Of a DNA stretch of 64,000 bases, positions 54,869 to 64,000 are shown piece by piece. Position 1 is the first letter of the stretch; each line of letters begins with the position of its first letter. Source of the stretch: an uncultured Bacteroidota bacterium (GTDB lineage Bacteria; Bacteroidota; Bacteroidia; Flavobacteriales; Flavobacteriaceae). The translations under genes and the position numbers were made by a program. The DNA lies in the NCBI GenBank assembly GCA_902594485.1, contig CACJMJ010000001.1:6574-70573 (forward strand). The letters run 5' to 3'. The notes under the pieces were generated by a model. It did no database searches. It was not told where the DNA came from and saw nothing but the letters and a program-made list of their open reading frames with translations.

Positions 54869-56124
54869 AAGAAATAGCAAAAAATCTTGACTCTAAAGAT
54901 GAACTATCAATATTTAGGAACAAGTTTATATTACCCAAAGACCAAGTATATCTTGATGGGAATTCACTTGGAGTATTAGCTAAGGATGTAGTAGATAATG
55001 TTAACCATACTATTAAAGAGGAGTGGGGAAACAATCTAATCACTAGCTGGAATAAGAGTTGGATAAAGCTTCCCAGAATTATTTCAAAAAAAATAGCTGT
55101 TATAATCAAATCTAATGAGGATGAGGTGTATGTTGGTAGTTCTACTTCAATAAATCTTTTTAAGCTTTTAAAGAGCATCTTAGAGTCAAATAGAGATATA
55201 AAAAATATTACAACTGACAATCTAAACTTTCCTTCTGACAAATATATTTGTGAAGTAATTGCAAAAGACTTTAAAATTGACTTTAAATTTCTAGATTATG
55301 GTAATGATTTGAAGCCAGATATTGAAAAGCTAAAAGAATATATATCAGAAAGAAAAGGGATAGTAGTTTTATCTCATGTATCATTCAAAAGTTCATTTAG
55401 GTATTCCGTTGAAGATATAAGTAAATTCTGTAAGGATAATAATATCATTGTTATATGGGATTTAAGTCATTCTGTTGGTGCAATTGATATTGACATGAGA
55501 TCAAATGGGATAGATTATGCTATAGGGTGTACATACAAATATTTAAATGGAGGTCCTGGTTCTCCAGCATTTATTTACGTTAGAGAATCCAAACTTAGAA
55601 AGTTGAAATCACCCATTAAGGGATGGTTTAGCCATAACAAACCTTTTGAATATTCAAATGAATATATTGAGTCTGATTCCATAGAGAAATTTTCAAATGG
55701 AACACCCCATATTCTTTCTTTATCAACACTCAAAAGTTCTCTAGATATTACAATTGAAGCAACTACAGAAAAATTAGGTATTAAATCAGCGGATCTGTTT
55801 GATTTTTTCCTACTGATATATAATGATGAATTAAAAAAGTTAGATTTTGATCTACTATCACCATTAGAAAAAGATAGAAGAGGTTCCCATATTTCAATAA
55901 GTCATAAAGAAGCATGGAGAATATCAAAATGTCTAATTGACCCAGTTGACAAAGAGGCATTAAGAATTATCGTTGATTTTAGACCTAAGAATATAATTCG
56001 AATAGCGTTAACTCCATTATATACATCCTTTGAAGACATATATCTTGTCTGTGAAAGAATCATTAAAATAATTCGAGAGAGAGAATATAGCCAAAAGGAT
56101 AACTCAATGGATGGAGTAACATAA
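54856..56124 (+). CDS. kynU: Kynureninase
   Basis: The N-terminus is FRNKFILP...VYLDGNSLG and the PLP-lysine region is GCTYKYLNGGPGSPAF. The TTG start is forced by a TAA at 54850. It overlaps the SGNH gene by 13 nt. Confidence 0.82.
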   Translation: MDRLKEIAKNLDSKDELSIFRNKFILPKDQVYLDGNSLGVLAKDVVDNVNHTIKEEWGNNLITSWNKSWIKLPRIISKKIAVIIKSNEDEVYVGSSTSINLFKLLKSILESNRDIKNITTDNLNFPSDKYICEVIAKDFKIDFKFLDYGNDLKPDIEKLKEYISERKGIVVLSHVSFKSSFRYSVEDISKFCKDNNIIVIWDLSHSVGAIDIDMRSNGIDYAIGCTYKYLNGGPGSPAFIYVRESKLRKLKSPIKGWFSHNKPFEYSNEYIESDSIEKFSNGTPHILSLSTLKSSLDITIEATTEKLGIKSADLFDFFLLIYNDELKKLDFDLLSPLEKDRRGSHISISHKEAWRISKCLIDPVDKEALRIIVDFRPKNIIRIALTPLYTSFEDIYLVCERIIKIIREREYSQKDNSMDGVT

Positions 56125-56137
56125 AGCTTGGATTAAT

Positions 56138-56590
56138 TTAACCAATTAATTTTTTCTTAATAATTTCTGCAATAACTCTACCCTCAGCTTGTCCAGAGAC
56201 TCTTTCATTTACTTTAGAAATTACTTTACCCATATCTTTCATTGATTCGGCTCCAACTTCTTCAATAACTTTATCAATTATTTCTGATAATTCAGATTCA
56301 CTTAACTGAGTTGGTAAAAATTCAGAAATTATATTTGCCTGAGATTCTTCTACATCTGCTAATTCCTTTCTATTTTGTTCTAAGTAAATTTTTGCACTAT
56401 CATTCCTTTGCTTTACCATTTTTTGTAAAATTTTAAGAACGACTGACTCTTCAATCTGATCTTTTGATCCAGATTTAGTTTTTTCGATAAGTATTGCAGA
56501 CTTTATTGCTCGAAGAGAATCGAGTCTAAGACTATTTTTTTCTTTCATTGAGTCCTTTATAGACTCGTTAATTTTTTCTTCTATTTTCAT
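56138..56590 (-). CDS. GatB/YqeY-domain protein
   Basis: It is a 150-aa helical protein with YqeY-type motifs (LRAIKSAI, EFLPTQLSESEL, MGKVISKV). It lies downstream of ftsZ. Confidence 0.82.
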   Translation of the reverse strand: MKIEEKINESIKDSMKEKNSLRLDSLRAIKSAILIEKTKSGSKDQIEESVVLKILQKMVKQRNDSAKIYLEQNRKELADVEESQANIISEFLPTQLSESELSEIIDKVIEEVGAESMKDMGKVISKVNERVSGQAEGRVIAEIIKKKLIG

Positions 56591-56593
56591 AAA

Positions 56594-58477
56594 TTAATCA
56601 ACGTTATCGTGAAGATATGTATTTACATCAGGAAATTCCAGCTTATTTTCCTCATTTAAAACAGTTTTTGAATAAATATCCTCAGCATTAGGTTTTGAAT
56701 TGTCAATTTCAATTCCCATTCTCTTATATGCAGGTATTTTCTCTAAATCCTCTATCGATGAACTATTATTTTTAAATATGTAATTATATTTTTTTAAGTT
56801 TTGTTTTCTAATAACATTTTCATTATTAACATCAGAGGTTATAGGCTGTTCAAATATATTATGGTTTTCTTCAATTCTATCTATGTCAATTTTATCTGAG
56901 TCGTTCAATTTTTCATCTTCATTATCATTTTCTAAAATCTCTAATTCATTCTCAATATCTTGATTAAGATCTAATTTTATATACTCGATATTTGATTCAC
57001 TAGTATTAGAACTATCTGATGATAAATCTGTTTCAATTGCTTCATGATTCTCATCATTAGGATTAACATTTAAAGTGAGCTCCTCACTTTTATTATCTTC
57101 AAAATTATCATTTGAGAAAAGGCCAAATGAAATTTCAGATGTCTCTCCATTTATCTCAAAAGATTGTTCTTTATCTGGAATTACATATTCAATATCATTT
57201 AATTCAATGTCATTTAATTCAATGTCACTTGTCTTTGTGTCATCACTATCTATTATATCAAGACCTGGATCTAAGACTTCATAACTGATATCAATATTTC
57301 TTAAAATTTCATTTATTTCACTGTCAATCTTCTTTTGATTAGAATCTTTAGCTAATATTTCATGATTTTCATTTAATTGATTTTTCTCTCCAGATACAGT
57401 TATTTTTTCCTCTAATATTTTTTGTTCAAAAGGGTGATCTTGATCTAAAGAATAAATTACTCTTTTTGTTTCAGAACTAACTAGACTGTTTTGTTTGTCA
57501 TCCCCAAATCCAGTTGCAATCACTGTAACAGAGATTTTATTTCCTAAGTCAAGATCTTCACCTACTCCCATAATTATGTTTGCACTATTACCTGTTTCAT
57601 TTTGAATATATTCATTAATTTCTCCAATTTCATCTATGGTAATTTCTTCAGCTCCAGAAACAATTAATAACAGCACATTCTTACTTCCTTCAATTTTATT
57701 ATCATTTAGAAGAGGGGAGTCTAATGCCCTCATTACTGCTTCATTAGCTCTATTAGATCCACTAGCAGTTGAAGACCCCATTATGGCTGTTCCACTATTT
57801 GATAACACAGTTTTTGCATCTTTTAAATCTATATTTTGTGTATAGTGATGTGTAATTACTTGTGCAACACCCTTTGCCGCAGTTGCCAAAACTTCATCAG
57901 CCTTGGAGAATCCTTCTTTGAAACCAAGATTACCATAGACCTCTCTTAATTTATTATTATTAATAATAATTAATGAATCAACTGATCTTTTTAGTTTTTC
58001 AAGACCCTTGACAGCTTGTGATTCTCTATTTTTTCCCTCAAAACTAAATGGTATTGTTACGATACCAACAGTTAGAATGTCAAATTCTTTAGCCATTTCT
58101 GCAATAATAGGCGCAGCACCCGTTCCTGTTCCACCTCCCATACCAGCAGTAATAAATAACATTTTAGTTTGAGTCTCTAGTAAATTTTTTAACTCTTCAT
58201 AACTCTCTAATGCTGCTAACTTTCCAATTTCAGGATTTGCTCCTGCGCCTAGTCCCTCCGTTAGATTTGCTCCAAGTTGGATCTTATTTGGTACAGGACT
58301 TTCTTCTAAAGCTTGGGAGTCAGTATTACAAACAACGAAATCAACCCCTTTTATTCCCTGTTTATACATATAATTTACAGCATTACTTCCACCCCCTCCT
58401 ATTCCCATAACCTTCATTACATTACTTCTATTTTTTGGTAAATCGAAACTAAAATTTGTATCTATTTCTGTTTTCAT
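56594..58477 (-). CDS. ftsZ: Cell division protein FtsZ (long acidic linker form)
   Basis: The tubulin signature is GMGGGTGTGAAP and the T7 region is NIDLKDAKTV. The conserved C-terminal peptide is IPAYKRMG, and the protein ends in the Bacteroidota-type ...TYLHDNVD. Confidence 0.97.
   Translation of the reverse strand: MKTEIDTNFSFDLPKNRSNVMKVMGIGGGGSNAVNYMYKQGIKGVDFVVCNTDSQALEESPVPNKIQLGANLTEGLGAGANPEIGKLAALESYEELKNLLETQTKMLFITAGMGGGTGTGAAPIIAEMAKEFDILTVGIVTIPFSFEGKNRESQAVKGLEKLKRSVDSLIIINNNKLREVYGNLGFKEGFSKADEVLATAAKGVAQVITHHYTQNIDLKDAKTVLSNSGTAIMGSSTASGSNRANEAVMRALDSPLLNDNKIEGSKNVLLLIVSGAEEITIDEIGEINEYIQNETGNSANIIMGVGEDLDLGNKISVTVIATGFGDDKQNSLVSSETKRVIYSLDQDHPFEQKILEEKITVSGEKNQLNENHEILAKDSNQKKIDSEINEILRNIDISYEVLDPGLDIIDSDDTKTSDIELNDIELNDIEYVIPDKEQSFEINGETSEISFGLFSNDNFEDNKSEELTLNVNPNDENHEAIETDLSSDSSNTSESNIEYIKLDLNQDIENELEILENDNEDEKLNDSDKIDIDRIEENHNIFEQPITSDVNNENVIRKQNLKKYNYIFKNNSSSIEDLEKIPAYKRMGIEIDNSKPNAEDIYSKTVLNEENKLEFPDVNTYLHDNVD
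57187..57228 (-). repeat. About 2.6 tandem copies of a 15-nt unit inside the ftsZ linker (encodes DIELN-DIELN-DIE)
   Basis: On the plus strand, units of tcatttaattcaatg lie at 57195..57209 and 57210..57224, with partial copies on both sides. Confidence 0.85.
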
Positions 58478-58492
58478 TTTTTGAATTTTATA

Positions 58493-59776
58493 TTAATTAT
58501 CAATTGTATCTACGTTATCTATAAATTTTTTAAATCCTTCTCCCCATTTGGTAAGAATAGTCTTTCTTTCATGGTTAACTAAATCCTTTTCAGATGTATT
58601 CATGTTGTTTATCTGTTGATCTGAATCTTTGTCTATTGCCTTCATTAATAATCCTACAGCTGTTGAATATATAGGATTATAATCATTTGAATCTCCAGCT
58701 AAATGCTCGCCTGGAAAACCAACCCTTGTATCCATCCCAGTAACATATTCTGTAAGTTGTTTTAAATGTCTCAATTGACTTCCACCTCCAGTTAATACAA
58801 TACCAGCGATGAGTTTCTTTTTAGAGTCCTCATGACCATAATTCTTAATTTCTAAGTAAGCTTGCTCAATAATTTCTACAATTCTTGCATTAATAATTTT
58901 GGATAGTGTTTTTAAAGAAATCTCTTTTGGGTCTCTCCCTCTTAGTCCAGGTATTGAAACTATGTCAGAGTCTTTATTTTCTCCTGGCCAAGCTGAACCA
59001 AATTTAATTTTTAATTGTTCTGCTTGATTGCCAATAATTGAACATCCTTCTTTAATATCCTCTGTAATTACATTTCCTCCAAATGGAATAACAGCAGTAT
59101 GCTTTATAATCCCATCTTTAAAAATAGCTACATCAGTAGTTCCTCCACCAATATCAATTAATGCAACTCCAGCTTCTTTTTCTTCTTCAGACAGAACAGC
59201 ATCAGATGATGCTAATGGTTCAAGAGTAATATCTCCCATTTTTAATCCAGAGCTTTTTATACATTTTCCAATATTCCTTATAGATGAAACTTGACCTACT
59301 ACTATATGAAAATTAGCTTCAAGCCTGCTTCCATACATACCTATAGGTTCTTTTATTTCAGATTGACCATCAACTTTAAAATCCTGAGGTAAAACATGGA
59401 TAATCTCCTCACCAGGAAGCATCACAAGCTTATAAACTTGGTCAATTAATTTATCAATATCATCTTCATTTATAACCTCATCAGGATTTTCTCTAGTTAT
59501 ATAATCACTATGTTGAAGACTTCTAATATGCTGTCCTGCTATCCCAACTGCAACCTCTAAAATTTCAATATTAGATTTATTTTGCGCCTCATCAACTGCT
59601 ATCTTAATTGACTGTATAGTTTGGGTAATATTGTTTACAACTCCTCTATGAACTCCTAGACTTTGAGATTTACCAACACCAAGAACTTTAACTTTATTAA
59701 ACTGATTTTTTTCACCAACCATAGCAACAATCTTTGTTGTTCCAATATCTAATCCAACTGAATATTTTTTATCCAT
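58493..59776 (-). CDS. ftsA: Cell division protein FtsA
   Basis: The actin-fold motifs are GLDIGTTKIVAMVG, DIGGGTTDVAIF and LTGGGSQL. Confidence 0.95.
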   Translation of the reverse strand: MDKKYSVGLDIGTTKIVAMVGEKNQFNKVKVLGVGKSQSLGVHRGVVNNITQTIQSIKIAVDEAQNKSNIEILEVAVGIAGQHIRSLQHSDYITRENPDEVINEDDIDKLIDQVYKLVMLPGEEIIHVLPQDFKVDGQSEIKEPIGMYGSRLEANFHIVVGQVSSIRNIGKCIKSSGLKMGDITLEPLASSDAVLSEEEKEAGVALIDIGGGTTDVAIFKDGIIKHTAVIPFGGNVITEDIKEGCSIIGNQAEQLKIKFGSAWPGENKDSDIVSIPGLRGRDPKEISLKTLSKIINARIVEIIEQAYLEIKNYGHEDSKKKLIAGIVLTGGGSQLRHLKQLTEYVTGMDTRVGFPGEHLAGDSNDYNPIYSTAVGLLMKAIDKDSDQQINNMNTSEKDLVNHERKTILTKWGEGFKKFIDNVDTIDN

Positions 59777-59780
59777 AATA

Positions 59781-60479
59781 TTATTTTTTAATTGCTACTA
59801 AACGATCATTGTATACTAAATCTAGTTGCTTATATTTTATTTGATTTATATTTTTTAATTGATATGCATAAAAACCTTTTAACATTTTTAACTTATCAAT
59901 TATTTTATTTTGATTTCCTAGGTTTACGTCCAATTCCAAATTTTTTATTCTTACGTATAAATGATCATTCCTATACCATATTTCTTTTAATTTATTTTCA
60001 AAGAACTTATCTTTTTTAAAAGCTGAAATAACATTTATAATTTTTAAAATTTGTTGTTCAGATATATTTCCATTAATTGAAGGAAGGGAATCATTTTTAG
60101 ATTGCTCTTTTTCAAAAACTTTACCATTGATGTCAATAAGACTATTTAAATCTTTTAAATACGCAATAGGAGTTCTGTCAATTAATTTTATTGCAAGTTC
60201 ATTTTTATCGTTAAAATAAATATCAATATTCTCAATTGATTTTATCTCCTTTAATTTTGTCTCAACTTTTACAAACTCATTATTCTTAATCAAGTTTTGA
60301 TACTGTTTTTCACTTATTAAACTTTTGACAATTTCTTGATTGTCAATAAATCCATTAGATGTATATAATATATTATAAGTCTTTAAATCATAACTTTTTT
60401 CAGAGTAGTTAAATGAACTAATTAATCCCATGAAAATAAGTGATGATAATAACCCTAACATTATAATTAATCTATACAT
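59781..60479 (-). CDS. ftsQ: Cell division protein FtsQ-like (POTRA domain)
   Basis: It has a single N-terminal TM helix followed by a POTRA/FtsQ-type region, and it sits between murC and ftsA. I place the start at the ATG at 60479 (MYRLIIMLGLL...), 2 nt after the murC stop. Confidence 0.7.
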   Translation of the reverse strand: MYRLIIMLGLLSSLIFMGLISSFNYSEKSYDLKTYNILYTSNGFIDNQEIVKSLISEKQYQNLIKNNEFVKVETKLKEIKSIENIDIYFNDKNELAIKLIDRTPIAYLKDLNSLIDINGKVFEKEQSKNDSLPSINGNISEQQILKIINVISAFKKDKFFENKLKEIWYRNDHLYVRIKNLELDVNLGNQNKIIDKLKMLKGFYAYQLKNINQIKYKQLDLVYNDRLVAIKK

Positions 60480-61803
60480 TTTGAAATATTTCTTTATTAA
60501 GATTCTCTGATATATTACCGGCGCCAAGAATAGAAATAATCTCTTTTTTGGTGTTAAGCACTATATCATCAATTGATTTGCTATCTATTATTTCCTTCTT
60601 TGAACAATTAATTTTTTCTAATAAAATTTGTGAACTAACTCCAATTATAGGCTTTTCTCTAGCAGCATAAATATCTAAAAGATATACCTCATCAAATTTT
60701 GATAAAACAATTGCAAACTCATCCATAAAGTCCCTTGTTCTAGAAAAAAGATGAGGTTGAAACACAACTGCTGTTGATTTATTCTTAAAATTAGTTTGAA
60801 TGGTATTAAGTACTGATTCAATTTCAGTTGGATGATGTGCATAGTCATCAATAACAACTTTATTGTCTAGTTTATAAATATCCATTCTTCTTTCAATTCC
60901 GTTAAAAGTTGAAAGAAATGGTAATAATTTTTGAATATCAACTTCCTGTATTTGATCAATTATTGATAGTGCCGCTAATGTATTCTTAAGATTATGAAGA
61001 CCTATAATGTTTGCAGAAATATCAGAGTAAAAATTATTAGGAGTTTTAAGATCAAATCTAATTCCATTCTCTAAAATCTTAATATTGTTTACATGATAAT
61101 CTGAATCACTCTTTATTGAAAAAGAAAAATCCTTATCAATATCTATTTCAGCATCTGTAATTAATACATCTTTTACATTATTTGCAAATGACTTAAAACT
61201 TTTAGTTAAAGATTTAAAGTCTCCATAAACATCAAGATGATCATTTTCAATTGAGGTAATAACAGCGTAATTAGGATTAAGATTTAAGAATGATCTATCA
61301 TATTCATCTGCCTCTACAATTATGTAATCATTACCTGTATTAATATAGTTAGAATCAAAGTATTTCATAATCCCCCCAATAAAAGCTTTAAAGTGTATTC
61401 CTGATGAATAAAATAAGTGGCTTATTATTGCAGTAGTAGTTGTTTTTCCATGAGTTCCAGCTACAGCAATACATATAGATTGTTTTGATATTTCACCAAG
61501 AATCTCAGATCTTTTATATATTGGATTATTTCCATTCGATCTATAATATTTTAGAAATATATTATCATCTGGGATAGCTGGAGTATAGATTACAATTACA
61601 TCCTCCATTTTCATATAATCTGGAATACTTTTAAGGGTCAAATTATTAATTACCTCTATACCATTTTTTTCAAGAATTTTAACTGATTTGTTTCTTGATG
61701 CATCATAACCAAGAATAGTATTTCCTTTTTCATTTAAGTACTGAGCGATTGAAGACATTCCAATACCACCAATTCCAATAAAAAAATACTTTTTATTAGT
61801 CAT
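60472..61803 (-). CDS. murC: UDP-N-acetylmuramate--L-alanine ligase
   Basis: The motifs are GIGGIGMSS and GTHGKTTT, followed by the Mur ligase central and C-terminal domains. Confidence 0.95.
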   Translation of the reverse strand: MTNKKYFFIGIGGIGMSSIAQYLNEKGNTILGYDASRNKSVKILEKNGIEVINNLTLKSIPDYMKMEDVIVIYTPAIPDDNIFLKYYRSNGNNPIYKRSEILGEISKQSICIAVAGTHGKTTTTAIISHLFYSSGIHFKAFIGGIMKYFDSNYINTGNDYIIVEADEYDRSFLNLNPNYAVITSIENDHLDVYGDFKSLTKSFKSFANNVKDVLITDAEIDIDKDFSFSIKSDSDYHVNNIKILENGIRFDLKTPNNFYSDISANIIGLHNLKNTLAALSIIDQIQEVDIQKLLPFLSTFNGIERRMDIYKLDNKVVIDDYAHHPTEIESVLNTIQTNFKNKSTAVVFQPHLFSRTRDFMDEFAIVLSKFDEVYLLDIYAAREKPIIGVSSQILLEKINCSKKEIIDSKSIDDIVLNTKKEIISILGAGNISENLNKEIFQNV

Positions 61804-62887
61804 TTTTTAGATGTTTTTTTATTAAGTCCACTATATCATATGATGCATTTGGCATAGCTATTTGCGACATATTATATGATAGCTCATCCCTTAAATTCTC
61901 ATCATTTAAAAGAAGGTCAAGCTTATTTTTAAATATCAAGTCAAGATCTTTCTCTTCAATACATATACATGCATCTTTTTCTTCAATACTCTTCGCATTT
62001 TTTAGTTGATGATCTTCAGCAACATTTGGAGATGGTATTAAGATAGAGGGTTTTGAAACTATTGCTAATTCTGAGAGTGTTAAAGCTCCACTTCGGGCTA
62101 TTATTATATCTGATGTAAAATAAATTGAGTCGATATCATCAAAAAAGTCTGCGACAAATATCTTGTCAGAATTATAACTTTTATATTCATTGTAATAACT
62201 CTTTCCACATTGCCATATGATGAAAATATTCTTAGAAATTAAGAATTCTATATTTTCTTTAATTGTTTTGTTTATTTTATCTGAACCTAAACTTCCGCCT
62301 AAAACAGCTATTACTGTCATACTATCTTTAATATTTAGTTTTTTTCTTTGATTATCAAAATTTTTATTTGATCTAATTGATTCCCTAATTGGATTCCCTG
62401 TTTTGTATATTTTTTTTGAAGGAAAATATTTTTCCATCTTATCATAAGCAACAGATATGTAATTAGCATATTTAGATAAGAGTCTATTAGATATTCCCGG
62501 GAATGAATTCTGTTCTTGAATTAATGTTGGGATTCTAAATATTGAAGATATAAAGACAATAGGAAAGCTTGCAAATCCTCCTGTCCCTACTACAAAGTTT
62601 GGTCTAAAACTTAAAATTATGATAATAGACTGAACAAAACTAATTATAAGTTTAAAAGGAAGTAAAATATTCTTTAAAGAGAATGACCTTTGTAATCCAC
62701 TAATTAAAAGTCCATGAATTTTATATCCATATTTTGGGACAATATTCATTTCCATTTTACCCTTAGCTCCAATAAACTTTATTTTAGGATTATCAAAAGA
62801 TTTGTTTATTTCATTTGCAATAGATAATGCAGGGTAAATATGACCACCTGTTCCTCCCCCTGATATTATAAATCTATTCCTTCTCAT
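61796..62887 (-). CDS. murG: UDP-N-acetylglucosamine--N-acetylmuramyl-(pentapeptide) pyrophosphoryl-undecaprenol GlcNAc transferase
   Basis: The N-terminus is GGTGGHIYPAL and the C-terminal region is ARSGALTLSEL. It lies in the dcw cluster. Confidence 0.93.
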   Translation of the reverse strand: MRRNRFIISGGGTGGHIYPALSIANEINKSFDNPKIKFIGAKGKMEMNIVPKYGYKIHGLLISGLQRSFSLKNILLPFKLIISFVQSIIIILSFRPNFVVGTGGFASFPIVFISSIFRIPTLIQEQNSFPGISNRLLSKYANYISVAYDKMEKYFPSKKIYKTGNPIRESIRSNKNFDNQRKKLNIKDSMTVIAVLGGSLGSDKINKTIKENIEFLISKNIFIIWQCGKSYYNEYKSYNSDKIFVADFFDDIDSIYFTSDIIIARSGALTLSELAIVSKPSILIPSPNVAEDHQLKNAKSIEEKDACICIEEKDLDLIFKNKLDLLLNDENLRDELSYNMSQIAMPNASYDIVDLIKKHLKND

Positions 62888-64000
62888 TTTTATTTTTGAT
62901 TGAAGAGCTTACACTAAGAATCATACCCAATGATATACAAGTCATCCAAGCAGAGGATCCACCGCTACTTATTAATGGTAAATTCTGTCCAGTTACAGGG
63001 ATTATCTGTGTTGCTACTGAAATATTAGTAAATGCTTGAATTATTATAAAAATTCCTAAACCAGAAACTAATATTTTTCCAAACTTATCCTCTGCCTTAT
63101 GTGTAATAACTAGAATTCTAAAAAACATTAATGTATATAGTATAATTATCAATGATCCACCAGCTATACCATATTCTTCTACAATTATTGCAAAAATAAA
63201 ATCAGAATTACTCTGGGGTAAATGATTTTTCATTATACTTTTTCCAGCTCCAACTCCAATTAAACCTCCATTATTTATAGCTATTTTAGCTCTTTGAATT
63301 TGATAGCTTGCATCTAAATTGTCATTTGAATTGAAGTTTTCAACTCTACTAATCCAAGTATCTATTCTATTTGGAAATTGATCTGGATATGTCTTTGCTA
63401 GAAAGAAGAAAATTGTTGAAAGAAACCCCAATATCAAAAACATTTTTAATAAATGAGTTATTGGAAACCCTGAAATAAAAAGTATTAAAATCAGTGAACT
63501 AAATATTAAAACCGCAGAGGATAGATTAGATGGAAGTATTAGGAAAACATATGCAAAGATTGGAAGCCAAAGAGGGATAATCGTCTCTTTAAACTTTGTC
63601 TTTGATAAATTAATTTTTGATAAATATCGAGCTGTATAAGTAATTAATATAATAGCTGCTAAAGAGGAAGTTTGAAAACTTATTCCTACAAATGGTATAT
63701 CAATCCATCTACTTGCTGCAGAACCGCCAATTGTCGTTCCCTGGCTTAATGTATAAATTAATAATAATAATCCTATTGGTAAGAGAATTATTGACATTCC
63801 TCTAAAAAGTTTGTAAGGCACTAACTTTATTGACATCATCAGTAAAAGACCAAATAATATTACAATAAAATGTTTAACTAAATAGAAAATTGGAGAAGAC
63901 CCATCTATCACATATGAAAGATATGAGCTAGAAGAAAAAACTGGGAAAAAAGAAAAAAGTGATAGTAATAGAATTATTACTAACAAAACTTTATCCCCAT
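62874..64000 (-). CDS. ftsW: FtsW/RodA (SEDS) family cell-division protein, N-terminus outside window
   Basis: It is polytopic, with the SEDS motifs LPQSNSDFIFAII and PVTGQNLPLISSGGSS. The frame stays open to the window edge (...GDKVLLVIILLL), so the true start is beyond nt 64000. Confidence 0.88.
   Translation of the reverse strand, partial: GDKVLLVIILLLSLFSFFPVFSSSSYLSYVIDGSSPIFYLVKHFIVILFGLLLMMSIKLVPYKLFRGMSIILLPIGLLLLIYTLSQGTTIGGSAASRWIDIPFVGISFQTSSLAAIILITYTARYLSKINLSKTKFKETIIPLWLPIFAYVFLILPSNLSSAVLIFSSLILILFISGFPITHLLKMFLILGFLSTIFFFLAKTYPDQFPNRIDTWISRVENFNSNDNLDASYQIQRAKIAINNGGLIGVGAGKSIMKNHLPQSNSDFIFAIIVEEYGIAGGSLIIILYTLMFFRILVITHKAEDKFGKILVSGLGIFIIIQAFTNISVATQIIPVTGQNLPLISSGGSSAWMTCISLGMILSVSSSIKNKNEKE

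Noticed and set aside
54837-55241. A 134-aa ORF antisense to the 5' part of kynU.
   Set aside because: It lies opposite a well-supported kynureninase N-terminus. The hydrophobic low-complexity translation looks like a mirror-frame artefact, and no promoter box is in front of it.
60480-60527. An upstream extension of ftsQ that overlaps murC by 56 nt.
   Set aside because: The internal ATG at 60479 starts directly at the TM helix (MYRLIIMLGLL) and lies 2 nt after the murC stop. This matches the tight packing seen elsewhere in the cluster.

Overview
This is an AT-rich (roughly 30% G+C by spot counts), very gene-dense chromosomal segment of a Bacteroidota/Flavobacteriia-type genome. The lineage markers are a SusC/SusD pair, a DUF5683-like gene after parAB, a short 287-aa primary sigma factor, TAnnTTTG -7 promoter boxes, an FtsZ ending in ...LHDNVD, and the dcw order ftsW-murG-murC-ftsQ-ftsA-ftsZ-yqeY. 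I count 59 intact CDS. Almost all are recognisable housekeeping genes: partition (parAB); repair (mutL, recF, uvrB, ruvX); translation and RNA (rpsO, pnp, def, tsaC, cca, rlmB); central metabolism (sucC, fbaA, rpe, accD, lysA, aroE, purA, ribH, ndk, kynU); envelope and division. Intergenic spacers are tiny, many neighbouring genes overlap, and three convergent gene pairs overlap at their stop codons. I saw no rRNA, tRNA, CRISPR array, transposase, integrase, phage gene or recognisable defence gene. I do not see a convincing novel multi-gene system, and most of the window is ordinary core genome. The only accessory-like stretch is about 37.9-44.7 kb. It holds a secreted protein of unknown function followed by a stand-alone SusC/SusD/lipoprotein uptake locus. 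That locus has a visibly different base composition and no enzyme or regulator partner. Smaller observations are reported separately below: a secreted three-module amidohydrolase pair in which only one module keeps the HxH metal site; a cyclophilin-FKBP fusion lipoprotein; candidate leaderless promoters; in-gene tandem repeats; and an AccD without its zinc-ribbon cysteines. All calls come from reading the translations and the DNA by eye. No database search was run.
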